Origin: Acutalibacteraceae bacterium
GTDB lineage: Bacteria; Bacillota; Clostridia; Oscillospirales; Acutalibacteraceae
Assembly: GCA_045611605.1 (NCBI GenBank)
Contig: JAZKXN010000092.1
Coordinates: 3,674 to 67,673 of the forward strand
Direction: 5' to 3'
DNA length: 64,000 nt
Numbering within the stretch: position 1 is the stretch's first letter; each line of letters opens with the position of its first letter. Below, one piece after another: positions 56,766 to 64,000 of this stretch. Under the pieces are notes generated by a model. The model ran no database searches. It was not told the origin of the DNA and saw only the letters and a program-made list of their open reading frames with translations. Position numbers and translations under genes: made by a program.

Positions 56766-57668
56766 ATGAAAGCAATTATAAAACCAATGGAATATGATTA
56801 TTTTTCAAGGCAACGCGCTATTGATGAAATTTGTCGCGAATATCCTTTTATAAAACGCTCAGTTATTGGCAAAAGTTGTATGGGAAAAGATATAACGGCG
56901 CTTAAAATAGGTTCTGCAAGTGAATATAGCCTTATAACAGCAGCATTTCACGGTAGCGAACGCATAACTTCGACCGTGCTTTTAATGTATATAGAAGATT
57001 TGGCTTATGCTATAAAAAATGATTTGTCGATTGAAGGGGTAAATGCTATTCGCGGTTTAAAGGGCAGGGGAGTTATTTTAGTGCCCTGTGTAAATCCTGA
57101 TGGGTGTGATATTTCACTTCTAGGAAGGTCTGCCTGCGGAAGTGAAGCTGACCGCATTGCGCGGCTGTGCAAAAATGATTTTGAACATTGGAATGCGAAT
57201 TTTCGCGGTGTAGATATTAATCATAATTTTAATGCTGATTGGGAAAATTTACGAGAAAAGGAAAGAAAGACGGGAATATATGGTCCTGCACCTAGTCGTT
57301 ACGGTGGGCCAAAACCCGAAAGCGAGCCTGAAACTGCAGCGCTTACAAAGCTTTGTAATAAAACCAGGATAAGACATGCGGTGGCATTACATAGCCAAGG
57401 TGAAGTGATTTATTGGAATTTTGGTGAATATACTCCAACCCGTTCAAAGCGCATTGCCGAAATTTTAGCAACTGCTTCGGGTTATGCACTTGATGTGCCA
57501 ATTGCAATTGCTGATGGTGGTGGTTTTAAGGATTGGTTTATAGAAGAGCATAACCGCCCAGGATTTACAATTGAGATTGGCAAAGGGAAAAACCCATTGC
57601 CTGTTGAAACGGCAGAAGAAATATATCTTAAAATCCGTGAAATGCTGACATTGGCGACGATAATATAA
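56766..57668 (+). CDS. M14 family metallocarboxypeptidase (gamma-D-glutamyl-meso-diaminopimelate peptidase-like)
   Basis: Start after GAGGTG. Zinc motif HGSERIT (HxxE) with a downstream His (ALHSQGE). Confidence 0.85.
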   Translation: MKAIIKPMEYDYFSRQRAIDEICREYPFIKRSVIGKSCMGKDITALKIGSASEYSLITAAFHGSERITSTVLLMYIEDLAYAIKNDLSIEGVNAIRGLKGRGVILVPCVNPDGCDISLLGRSACGSEADRIARLCKNDFEHWNANFRGVDINHNFNADWENLREKERKTGIYGPAPSRYGGPKPESEPETAALTKLCNKTRIRHAVALHSQGEVIYWNFGEYTPTRSKRIAEILATASGYALDVPIAIADGGGFKDWFIEEHNRPGFTIEIGKGKNPLPVETAEEIYLKIREMLTLATII

Positions 57669-57670
57669 AA

Positions 57671-57703
57671 AAAGCGTATCGAACATTTAGTTCGATACGC
57701 TTT
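57671..57703. terminator. Bidirectional intrinsic terminator
   Basis: A 14-bp perfect stem (AAAGCGTATCGAAC/GTTCGATACGCTTT) with a 5-nt loop. Confidence 0.85.
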
Positions 57704-57708
57704 TAAAA

Positions 57709-59121
57709 TTAAAATGACAAATCTTCAACTACAAGATTGCGAACGCCGTTTTCATCCACAGCGGGAGCAGCATCGCGTACCTTGAAGAATTTTTCAGCAA
57801 CCTGTGGGAAGAGAGCGTAGCTTAATACATCTTCAACCGTGCCATTGCCGAGATTCTTTGCTTCGAGTTCTGCCTTGTATTTTGGAAGTTCGGGTTCAAT
57901 AAGGTCGGCAGGACGGCAAGTGATAACTTCGTCTTCGCCAATGCACTTCTTGCGAACATCTTCATCAACAGATGCGGGTAAGCGGCCATATTCGCCCTTT
58001 AAAAGACCTTTAGATTCCTTAGGAACCATCTTATATCTTTCGCCTGCGATTACATTCATAACGGCTTGGGTACCAACGATTTGGCTTGTAGGAGTAACAA
58101 GTGGGGGGTAACCAAAGTCTTTGCGTACACGCGGAACTTCAGCAAGCACATCGTAATACTTATCTTCCTTACCTGCTTGTTTAAGCTGTGAAAGCATGTT
58201 TGAAAGCATACCGCCGGGAACTTGATAAATAAGGGTTTTGGTATCAACATTTAAAACCTTGGGGTCTAAAATACCATCGGCCTTCATCTTGTCGGCAACC
58301 TTGCGGAAATGAGCAGCAACATCACTTAACTTGTTAAGGTCAAGACCGGTGTCGCGTGCGGTACCGTTAAGGGTGGCAACCAAAGCTTCGGTTGCGGGTT
58401 GTGCAGTACCGTTAGCTAAGGGAGAAAGCGCGGTATCTACAATATCAACACCTGCCTGAGCAGCCATCAAGTACACCATATCACCTGTACCGGTGGTGTT
58501 GTGGGTGTGAAGATGAATCGGAACATTTACATTTTCCTTAAGCTTTTTAACAAGTGAATATGCATCAAAGGGTAAAAGCAAGTTTGCCATATCTTTGATA
58601 CAAATAACATCGGCGCCCATTTGTTCAAGTTCCTTTGCAAGTTTTACAAAGTATTCTTCGTTGTGAACGGGGCTTTCGGTATAACTTAAAGCGGGTTCGC
58701 AAATACCGCCGTATTTCTTACAACTTTTGATTGCCTGTTCAAGGTTGCGAGTATCGTTAAGCGCGTCGAAAATACGGATAACTTCAATACCGTTTTCAAT
58801 TGATTTACCAACAAATGAATCAACCACATCATCAGCATAATGCTTGTAGCCAAGAATATTCTGACCGCGGAAAAGCATTTGAAGCTTGGTGTTGGGCATA
58901 TATTTTTTAAGTGTGCGAAGTCTTTCCCAAGGATCTTCATTCAAAAAGCGCATACAAACATCAAATGTTGCGCCGCCCCAACATTCGAGTGACCAATAAC
59001 CAATTTGGTCAAGCTGTTCAAGTGCGGGGATCATATCTTCGATTTTCATTCTGGTGGCCGCCTGTGACTGGTGAGCGTCACGCAAAATGGTATCGGTTAT
59101 AAATAATTTTTTGTTGTTCAT
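57709..59121 (-). CDS. oadA: Oxaloacetate decarboxylase alpha-type carboxyltransferase subunit (no biotinyl domain)
   Basis: 470 aa with an HMGL-like/PYC_OADA pattern (TLRDAHQS, HLHTHNTTG). It ends before any AMKM biotin motif. Confidence 0.85.
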   Translation of the reverse strand: MNNKKLFITDTILRDAHQSQAATRMKIEDMIPALEQLDQIGYWSLECWGGATFDVCMRFLNEDPWERLRTLKKYMPNTKLQMLFRGQNILGYKHYADDVVDSFVGKSIENGIEVIRIFDALNDTRNLEQAIKSCKKYGGICEPALSYTESPVHNEEYFVKLAKELEQMGADVICIKDMANLLLPFDAYSLVKKLKENVNVPIHLHTHNTTGTGDMVYLMAAQAGVDIVDTALSPLANGTAQPATEALVATLNGTARDTGLDLNKLSDVAAHFRKVADKMKADGILDPKVLNVDTKTLIYQVPGGMLSNMLSQLKQAGKEDKYYDVLAEVPRVRKDFGYPPLVTPTSQIVGTQAVMNVIAGERYKMVPKESKGLLKGEYGRLPASVDEDVRKKCIGEDEVITCRPADLIEPELPKYKAELEAKNLGNGTVEDVLSYALFPQVAEKFFKVRDAAPAVDENGVRNLVVEDLSF

Positions 59122-59138
59122 TTAAATTCTCCTTTAGC

Positions 59139-60392
59139 TTAACCGAAAATAGCAATAAGTGCGCCGGCAGCAATAGCAGAGCCGATAACACCTGCAACAT
59201 TCGGACCCATAGCATGCATAAGCAAGAAGTTTGCGGGGTTTGCTTTTTGACCAACAGTTTGTGAAACACGAGCGGCCATAGGAACAGCAGAAACACCTGC
59301 AGAACCGATAAGCGGGTTAATCTTGTTCTTGGTGAACAAGTTCATAAATTTAGCAAAAAGAACACCGCAAGCAGTAGCTACGCCGAAAGCAACAACACCT
59401 AAAACAATGATTTCAAGAGTGGGAAGGCGAAGCATATTGATTTCGGTACCACCGATTGTTACAACATTTCTTGTTGTGTTAAGGAAGGTGCCTGCAGTAG
59501 CGGTTGCGCCAACCGAAATACCAAGGAAGATTGTAACAATATTCATAAGTTCATTCTGTGCAGTTTTGCAAAGGCGTTCAGCAACGCCACATTCTTTCCA
59601 AAGGTTACCAAGCATTAAGCAACCAACAAGTGGGGTAGCCGAAGGAACGAGCAATGCAACGAAAATTGTAATGATAATGGGGAACAAAATCTTTTCGGTT
59701 TTTGAAACTTCGCGAAGGGGCTTCATAACTATAGCGCGTTCCTTTTTGGTGGTGAGAAGCTTCATGATTGGTGGCTGAATTACAGGAACAAGTGCCATAT
59801 AGCTGTAGGCGGCAACGGCAATAGGTCCTAAAATATGGGGAGCTAACTTAGAAGTTACGAAAATAGCTGTAGGGCCGTCAGCACCACCAATAATACCAAT
59901 AGATGATGCTTCTAAACCGTCAAATCCTAAAAGTTTCGCACCAACAAATGTGGCAAAAATACCAATTTGTGCAGCAGCACCTAAAAGGAGTGATTTGGGA
60001 TTTGAAATAAGTGGTCCAAAGTCGGTCATAGCGCCAATACCAATAAAGATAAGGCAGGGGTAAATACATGTTTTAACACCAATATAAAGGAAGTCTAAAA
60101 GACCGCCGTTGGCAAGGATGTAACCATACGAATGGTAATGTGCACTGCCTTCGGTCATAAATTCATTCCAAAGTTCTTGGTTATAAAGACCCGCACCCGG
60201 AAGATTGGTAAGTAACATACCGAAAGCAATACCAATTAAAAGCAAGGGTTCAAACTGCTTTTTAATACCGAGATATAAAAGTACGAGTGAAATGGTAATC
60301 ATTACAGCATACTTCCAACCTTCGGTCAAAAAGCCGGCACCAAGCAAATAAAAGCCGGTTTGTTTTAAAAATTCAATAATTGCATCTAACAT
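59139..60392 (-). CDS. oadB: Sodium ion-translocating decarboxylase beta subunit
   Basis: 417-aa polytopic membrane protein with the OadB/GcdB/MmdB family pattern. Confidence 0.9.
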   Translation of the reverse strand: MLDAIIEFLKQTGFYLLGAGFLTEGWKYAVMITISLVLLYLGIKKQFEPLLLIGIAFGMLLTNLPGAGLYNQELWNEFMTEGSAHYHSYGYILANGGLLDFLYIGVKTCIYPCLIFIGIGAMTDFGPLISNPKSLLLGAAAQIGIFATFVGAKLLGFDGLEASSIGIIGGADGPTAIFVTSKLAPHILGPIAVAAYSYMALVPVIQPPIMKLLTTKKERAIVMKPLREVSKTEKILFPIIITIFVALLVPSATPLVGCLMLGNLWKECGVAERLCKTAQNELMNIVTIFLGISVGATATAGTFLNTTRNVVTIGGTEINMLRLPTLEIIVLGVVAFGVATACGVLFAKFMNLFTKNKINPLIGSAGVSAVPMAARVSQTVGQKANPANFLLMHAMGPNVAGVIGSAIAAGALIAIFG

Positions 60393-60419
60393 TTTAAATT
60401 CTCCTTAAATGCGGGGCAA

Positions 60420-60797
60420 TTAAGCGATAACGCAAAGAACAGCACCGGTTTCAACAGATGCACCAGCGTTAACATTAACAGAAGCAACGGTACCGTCGCA
60501 AGGTGACATAATTTCGTTTTCCATTTTCATAGCTTCCAAAATCATCAAAACATCGCCCTTCTTAACAACAGAGCCGTTTTGTACATTGATAGAAAGGATT
60601 GTGCCGGGCATTGGGCTGTTAACGGTTTCGCCGCCTGCGGGAGCAGCAACAGGAGCAGGAGCAGCAACAGGAGCGGGTGCTGCAGCGGGAGCAGGAGCTG
60701 CAACGGGAGCGGGTGCTGCTTTAACATCAGCAGCGTCAACAACTTCTAAAGTGATTTCGTAAGCAGTACCGTTTACAGTAACATTATATTTTTTCAT
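60420..60797 (-). CDS. Stand-alone biotin carboxyl carrier protein
   Basis: 125 aa with an Ala/Pro linker and a biotinyl domain carrying the EAMKM motif. Confidence 0.85.
   Translation of the reverse strand: MKKYNVTVNGTAYEITLEVVDAADVKAAPAPVAAPAPAAAPAPVAAPAPVAAPAGGETVNSPMPGTILSINVQNGSVVKKGDVLMILEAMKMENEIMSPCDGTVASVNVNAGASVETGAVLCVIA
60636..60719 (-). repeat. Coding low-complexity Ala-Pro repeat (BCCP linker)
   Basis: The region encodes AAPAPVAAPAPAAAPAPVAAPAPVAAPA. The GCAGCAACAGGAGC-type DNA repeats also generate the spurious out-of-frame ORF at 60545-60742. Confidence 0.7.
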
Positions 60798-60815
60798 AAT
60801 TTAACACCTTTTTTC

Positions 60816-61145
60816 TTAGATTTTTTTAAACGATAAAATTCTTATTGCGGAAACATCGGTTCCCAATTCTTCAGCAACTGCGGCTGAGACTGCAGCAATG
60901 ATTTGCTGACGGTTTTCAATGGGCTGAGCAGCAACTTGCACTTGTGGTGCAGGAGCAGCGGTTTCGGTCTTTTCAGTAGTTTTTGCTTTACCGCAAAATA
61001 AACCAATAATTTTACATAAAAGCACTATACAAACAAGACCCGCAAAAACAGTACCAACACCAATAATGACAACCTGTGCATCAGGTATGTCTTTTACAGT
61101 ATCAGCAGTTTTGGCTAATATTAAATCATACATTTTTACAGGCAC
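60816..61145 (-). CDS. oadG: OadG-like gamma subunit of the Na+-translocating decarboxylase
   Basis: 109 aa with one TM helix, an Ala/Pro/Gln linker and a conserved C-terminal AAVSAAVAEELG...I-type segment. First gene of the cluster. Confidence 0.7.
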   Translation of the reverse strand: MPVKMYDLILAKTADTVKDIPDAQVVIIGVGTVFAGLVCIVLLCKIIGLFCGKAKTTEKTETAAPAPQVQVAAQPIENRQQIIAAVSAAVAEELGTDVSAIRILSFKKI

Positions 61146-61365
61146 CTCCCTTAAGCCTAAAAAAGTTTTAAATTTAGAAATTTGGCCTTTTATAATAAAA
61201 TTCCCAAATTTCGCCTATTTACATCTATTATACATTAAATGTCAAGATTTTACAATATGTAATTTTGTGTTTTTTTGATATTATTTTGTACTTTTCAGTA
61301 ACCATTTACAAAAATATAAATATACTGTTATGGGACAAGCGAAAAAATTTAAAGGAGAATTAAAA

Positions 61366-61629
61366 TTGGATAGAAAAATGTTTGATTTCAACAATTTTAC
61401 AAACCGTGTTGTTATGGAAGACGACAACATGCTTTCTAAACCCCAAGTTTGTTTTGATACAAATCCGTGTAATCCCCCTGAAACACAAAACACACAAGAT
61501 GTTTTAACAATGGCTTTTGTTAATATGCAACCGCTAGACTATGTTTATGATGAAGCTAAGGCTTTCGAAAACGGTTCACTGTTCCCAAATATTACAAAGC
61601 CATTTTATTATGGGGGTAATTATAAATGA
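61366..61629 (+). CDS. cotJA: Spore coat-associated protein CotJA
   Basis: Motif LTMAFVNMQPLDYVYDEAKAFENGSLFPNITKPF. The start is ambiguous: TTG at 61366 lies 8 nt after AGGAG, with ATG at 61330 or 61378 as alternatives. Confidence 0.75.
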   Translation: MDRKMFDFNNFTNRVVMEDDNMLSKPQVCFDTNPCNPPETQNTQDVLTMAFVNMQPLDYVYDEAKAFENGSLFPNITKPFYYGGNYK

Positions 61630-61886
61630 ACAAAAAATATGAATTAAAAAAGAAAATACACGCGCTCGATTTTGCCATACACGAGCTTGTGCTGTTTTTA
61701 GATACCCATCCCACAAATCAAAAAGCAATGACACTTTTAAAAGATTACCGTTTTAAACGGGCAGAGCTTATAAAAGAATACGAATCACAGTTTGGCGATT
61801 ATATCGTTACACCAAATGATGTTACAGCAAACGGCTGTTGGCAGTGGCTTGACGGTAAATGGCCTTGGGAATATAAGGAGATATAA
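61626..61886 (+). CDS. cotJB: Spore coat protein CotJB
   Basis: 86 aa reading IHALDFAIHELVLFLDTHP, the CotJB signature. ATGA overlap with cotJA. Confidence 0.85.
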   Translation: MNKKYELKKKIHALDFAIHELVLFLDTHPTNQKAMTLLKDYRFKRAELIKEYESQFGDYIVTPNDVTANGCWQWLDGKWPWEYKEI

Positions 61887-61889
61887 TTT

Positions 61890-62498
61890 ATGTGGCAGTA
61901 TGAAAAAAAATTACAATTTCCAGTAAATATTAAAAATCGCAATCCTAAATATGCGCAAATTATAATAAGCCAATATGGTGGACCGGATGGCGAGTTAGGT
62001 GCTTCAATGCGCTATTTAACACAGCGTTATGGTCAGCCATTTAGTGAAGTTAAAGGCATTTTGACGGACATCGGTACTGAAGAACTTGCGCACCTTGAAA
62101 TGATATGTGCAATGGTGCATCAGTTGACCCGTGATTTGACACCTGAAGAAATTAAGCAAAGCGGATTTGACAAATATTTCGTTGACCATACCGCATCGGT
62201 TTATCCGCAAGCAGCGGCAGGTCTGCCTTGGCGTGCTGAATATATTCAGTCCAAAGGCGATGTGTTAGCAGATTTGCACGAAGACTTGGCAGCCGAGCAA
62301 AAGGCAAGGGTAACCTATGATAATCTTATTCGGCTTATTGATGACCCCGATATTTTGGAACCGCTCAAATTCCTTCGTCAGCGTGAAATTACTCATTATC
62401 AGCGATTTGGTGAAGCGTTGCGCTTGACTACTGATAGACTTAATAGTAAAAACTTCTACGCATTTAACCCTAATTTTGACAAGCAAACATGCAGATAA
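61890..62498 (+). CDS. cotJC: Manganese catalase family spore coat protein CotJC
   Basis: 202 aa with GELGASMRYLTQRY and EELAHLEM di-metal motifs. Confidence 0.9.
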   Translation: MWQYEKKLQFPVNIKNRNPKYAQIIISQYGGPDGELGASMRYLTQRYGQPFSEVKGILTDIGTEELAHLEMICAMVHQLTRDLTPEEIKQSGFDKYFVDHTASVYPQAAAGLPWRAEYIQSKGDVLADLHEDLAAEQKARVTYDNLIRLIDDPDILEPLKFLRQREITHYQRFGEALRLTTDRLNSKNFYAFNPNFDKQTCR

Positions 62499-62501
62499 AA
62501 T
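62420..62501 (+). repeat. Direct repeat copy 1 (authentic 3' end of cotJC)
   Basis: About 80 nt with roughly 90 percent identity to 63569-63650 (7 substitutions in the 75 coding nt, no indels). Confidence 0.85.
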
Positions 62502-62502
62502 T

Positions 62503-62530
62503 AAAAGCAGATGGGAAACCATCTGCTTTT
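62503..62530 (+). terminator. Intrinsic terminator after cotJC
   Basis: A 12-bp stem (AAAAGCAGATGG/CCATCTGCTTTT) with a 4-nt loop. Confidence 0.8.
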
Positions 62531-62550
62531 GTGCACAGTTATTTAAAAGT

Positions 62551-63393
62551 TTATTTATCAATCAATGAATAAACATTATTGTGATATTCGAGTTTTTCTG
62601 ATTCAATTATAGAAGAATATTTTGTATAATCCTTGCCGGGTGGGGCAAACAAATTTTCTAAATCGGCTATGGGATTCGCGTTAACACCATTAAAGAAAGC
62701 GAGAATAATTTTAATTCCGTCAACAATTTTTTTAAGCCACTGCATTGCATTTTGTGCAAAGTTGATGGTATCTTCAAGTTTTTCAGCTTCGGTGCCATTG
62801 CTCACATGTGCATTTTCGGCCGTATCTTTTATGTCGAAACCTTTATCTACAATATTTTGCAAAACATCCTTAGAAGTGAAACCGGCCTTAACAAATTCCA
62901 ATACCACAACTTCGGCGATACTTTCTTTTTCGGCTTCAAACCATGACTCAACAACACTGCCGAAAAGTTCTTTTTTTAGTTCTTCAGGAGACATATTTTT
63001 GCTTATCATTCGTTCTGAAATGACATTGAGTGCCGCTTTTTCGACTGAAGGATAAATCGCTTCAAGTTTTTTATCGTTTTTACATGCCCTATCGATAGTG
63101 GCATTTTTCATATTCCAAACCATTACTCTAAAACTATCTGTTTTATATGTATGTGTGCCTTCGTTATTAGTTATTTCAAATTCAAAATACACCTTATTTG
63201 TAAGTGTCATAAAAGTGTACTTATGATATCTATTTACAACAATTACTTCGTGACCGCGTTCATTGTGTTCTAAAATAGATTCAAATACAAACTCTTTAGT
63301 GTATTTACTATTGTTTTCTGCTGCGCAGACAGTAAGTGGAGAAGTGCCAATTAGCAAGCAGATTGATAGTATTATACAAAGAATTTTTTTCAT
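62551..63393 (-). CDS. Hypothetical secreted protein (signal peptide) on an AT-rich islet
   Basis: 280 aa. The N-terminal MKKILCIILSICLLIGTSPLTVCAAE is signal-peptide-like. SD AAGGGGG lies 7 nt upstream. No motif I recognise. Confidence 0.6.
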   Translation of the reverse strand: MKKILCIILSICLLIGTSPLTVCAAENNSKYTKEFVFESILEHNERGHEVIVVNRYHKYTFMTLTNKVYFEFEITNNEGTHTYKTDSFRVMVWNMKNATIDRACKNDKKLEAIYPSVEKAALNVISERMISKNMSPEELKKELFGSVVESWFEAEKESIAEVVVLEFVKAGFTSKDVLQNIVDKGFDIKDTAENAHVSNGTEAEKLEDTINFAQNAMQWLKKIVDGIKIILAFFNGVNANPIADLENLFAPPGKDYTKYSSIIESEKLEYHNNVYSLIDK

Positions 63394-63568
63394 ACCTATA
63401 CCCCCTTAGAGTGATGTTGGTTTTTTATTCCATATTGTCAAGAGCTGTAGAAAATTGACTAAAGTCAATATAGCATTTGAAGTATAGCAGTTTTCGGTAA
63501 TCTTGTCAATAGTACCACATTTGATATTTAAATGAGCCTTGGTACAGGTCTTCTCTTGTTATTTCACT

Positions 63569-63650
63569 GTGTTTGATTACTGATAGACTTAATAGCAAAA
63601 ACTTCTACGCATTTAACCTAAATTTTGACAAGCAAATTTGTAGATAAAAT
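63569..63650 (+). pseudogene. Relic copy of the cotJC 3' end (direct repeat copy 2)
   Basis: It encodes LITDRLNSKNFYAFNLNFDKQICR-stop, in frame and ending at the same stop position as the cotJC tail (LTTDRLNSKNFYAFNPNFDKQTCR). Homology stops abruptly upstream at about 63569. Confidence 0.8.
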
Positions 63651-63763
63651 AATTTTTGAAATTTTTTCAAAAAAATAAAACCGATTGAATTTTTAATTCC
63701 CCTTTGTTAGTGTAAGGGGCAAAACCCAAGCAGAAAAACATATTTTTAAAGGAGAAATTAAAA

Positions 63764-64000
63764 ATGAAAAAATTAGTTGCAGGTTTATTGGTAGTTATGT
63801 TGATGTTCACATTCACAGGTTGTGGTATGGTTGACAAGGTGCTTGAAAAATTTGAGACTACACTTAATCAAACAACCACTCACGAAGCCAAAGAATTAGA
63901 TTATGATGCAATAATCGAAAGTTTTGTAGCAAGCGGGCTTAACACATTTGAACTTTACATCGACGATTCACACGCGCCCATAGCAAATGTTTGGCTTAAA
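63764..64000 (+). CDS. Hypothetical lipoprotein, N-terminal part (continues beyond window)
   Basis: SD GGAG lies 9 nt upstream. MKKLVAGLLVVMLMFTFTGCG carries a lipobox (FTGC). The frame is open to the window end. Confidence 0.6.
   Translation, partial: MKKLVAGLLVVMLMFTFTGCGMVDKVLEKFETTLNQTTTHEAKELDYDAIIESFVASGLNTFELYIDDSHAPIANVWLK

Noticed and set aside
59323-59778. 151-aa plus-strand ORF within oadB. Similar antisense ORFs occur at 8082-8513 and 62633-63055.
   Set aside because: All are antisense to ORFs that have clear family motifs or a signal peptide plus SD. None has a plausible ribosome-binding site.
60545-60742. 65-aa Leu/Pro-rich ORF on the minus strand.
   Set aside because: It is an out-of-frame reading of the GC-rich Ala-Pro linker repeat of the biotin carrier gene.
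63690-63763. Hairpin CCCCTT-n9-AAGGGG followed by an A-rich tail before the lipoprotein SD, superficially preQ1-I-like.
   Set aside because: The loop and tail do not match the conserved preQ1-I nucleotides as I remember them. The downstream gene is not a queuosine gene, and the hairpin is not followed by a T-run.
1-64000. Search for CRISPR arrays, tRNA/rRNA genes, transposases, integrases, toxin-antitoxin pairs or known defence-system genes.
   Set aside because: No spaced direct-repeat arrays are present. No intergenic region is long or structured enough for tRNA or rRNA. No ORF shows transposase, integrase or recombinase motifs or defence hallmarks. All large ORFs are explained by housekeeping families.

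Overview
This is a chromosomal, mostly housekeeping segment from a low-GC, spore-forming anaerobic Firmicute. It is probably a member of the Clostridia, given ytvI, cotJABC and a HydABC-type [FeFe]-hydrogenase operon. I support about 70 CDSs. I found no rRNA, tRNA, CRISPR array, transposase, integrase or recognisable defence genes.

Main blocks in order:
- lysC-hom (minus strand)
- cdaA-cdaR
- a small-ORF-recD2-comFC-mreB-like operon
- a ten-gene aromatic amino-acid operon covering every shikimate step plus pheA, tyrA and an aminotransferase
- a ten-gene hydrogenase operon in which six sensory or regulatory genes sit between hydC and hydB/hydA
- asd-dapA-dapB (minus strand)
- queA-tgt-yajC, pcrA, maf
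- a long minus-strand run: mltG-U32-PBP-alaS-HIT-PRT, and thyX-tmk-DJ-1
- prs
- a GT2/GtrA/phosphodiester-glycosidase fusion gene
- a Na+-pumping oxaloacetate-decarboxylase-type cluster
- cotJABC

Observations most worth follow-up:
1. A Tyr/Phe-rich 24-codon leader ORF followed by an intrinsic terminator lies in front of the aromatic operon. This looks like ribosome-mediated attenuation where Firmicutes usually use T-box or TRAP control.
2. A DRTGG/GHKL-ATPase/PHP/HydS-like module is embedded in the hydrogenase operon and has no recognisable output domain.
3. An AT-rich islet of about 1.07 kb carries one secreted protein gene and is bracketed by an ~80-bp duplication of the cotJC 3' end.

I did not find a convincing canonical novel system beyond these. 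All functional calls rest on motif recognition by eye and need HMM or BLAST confirmation.
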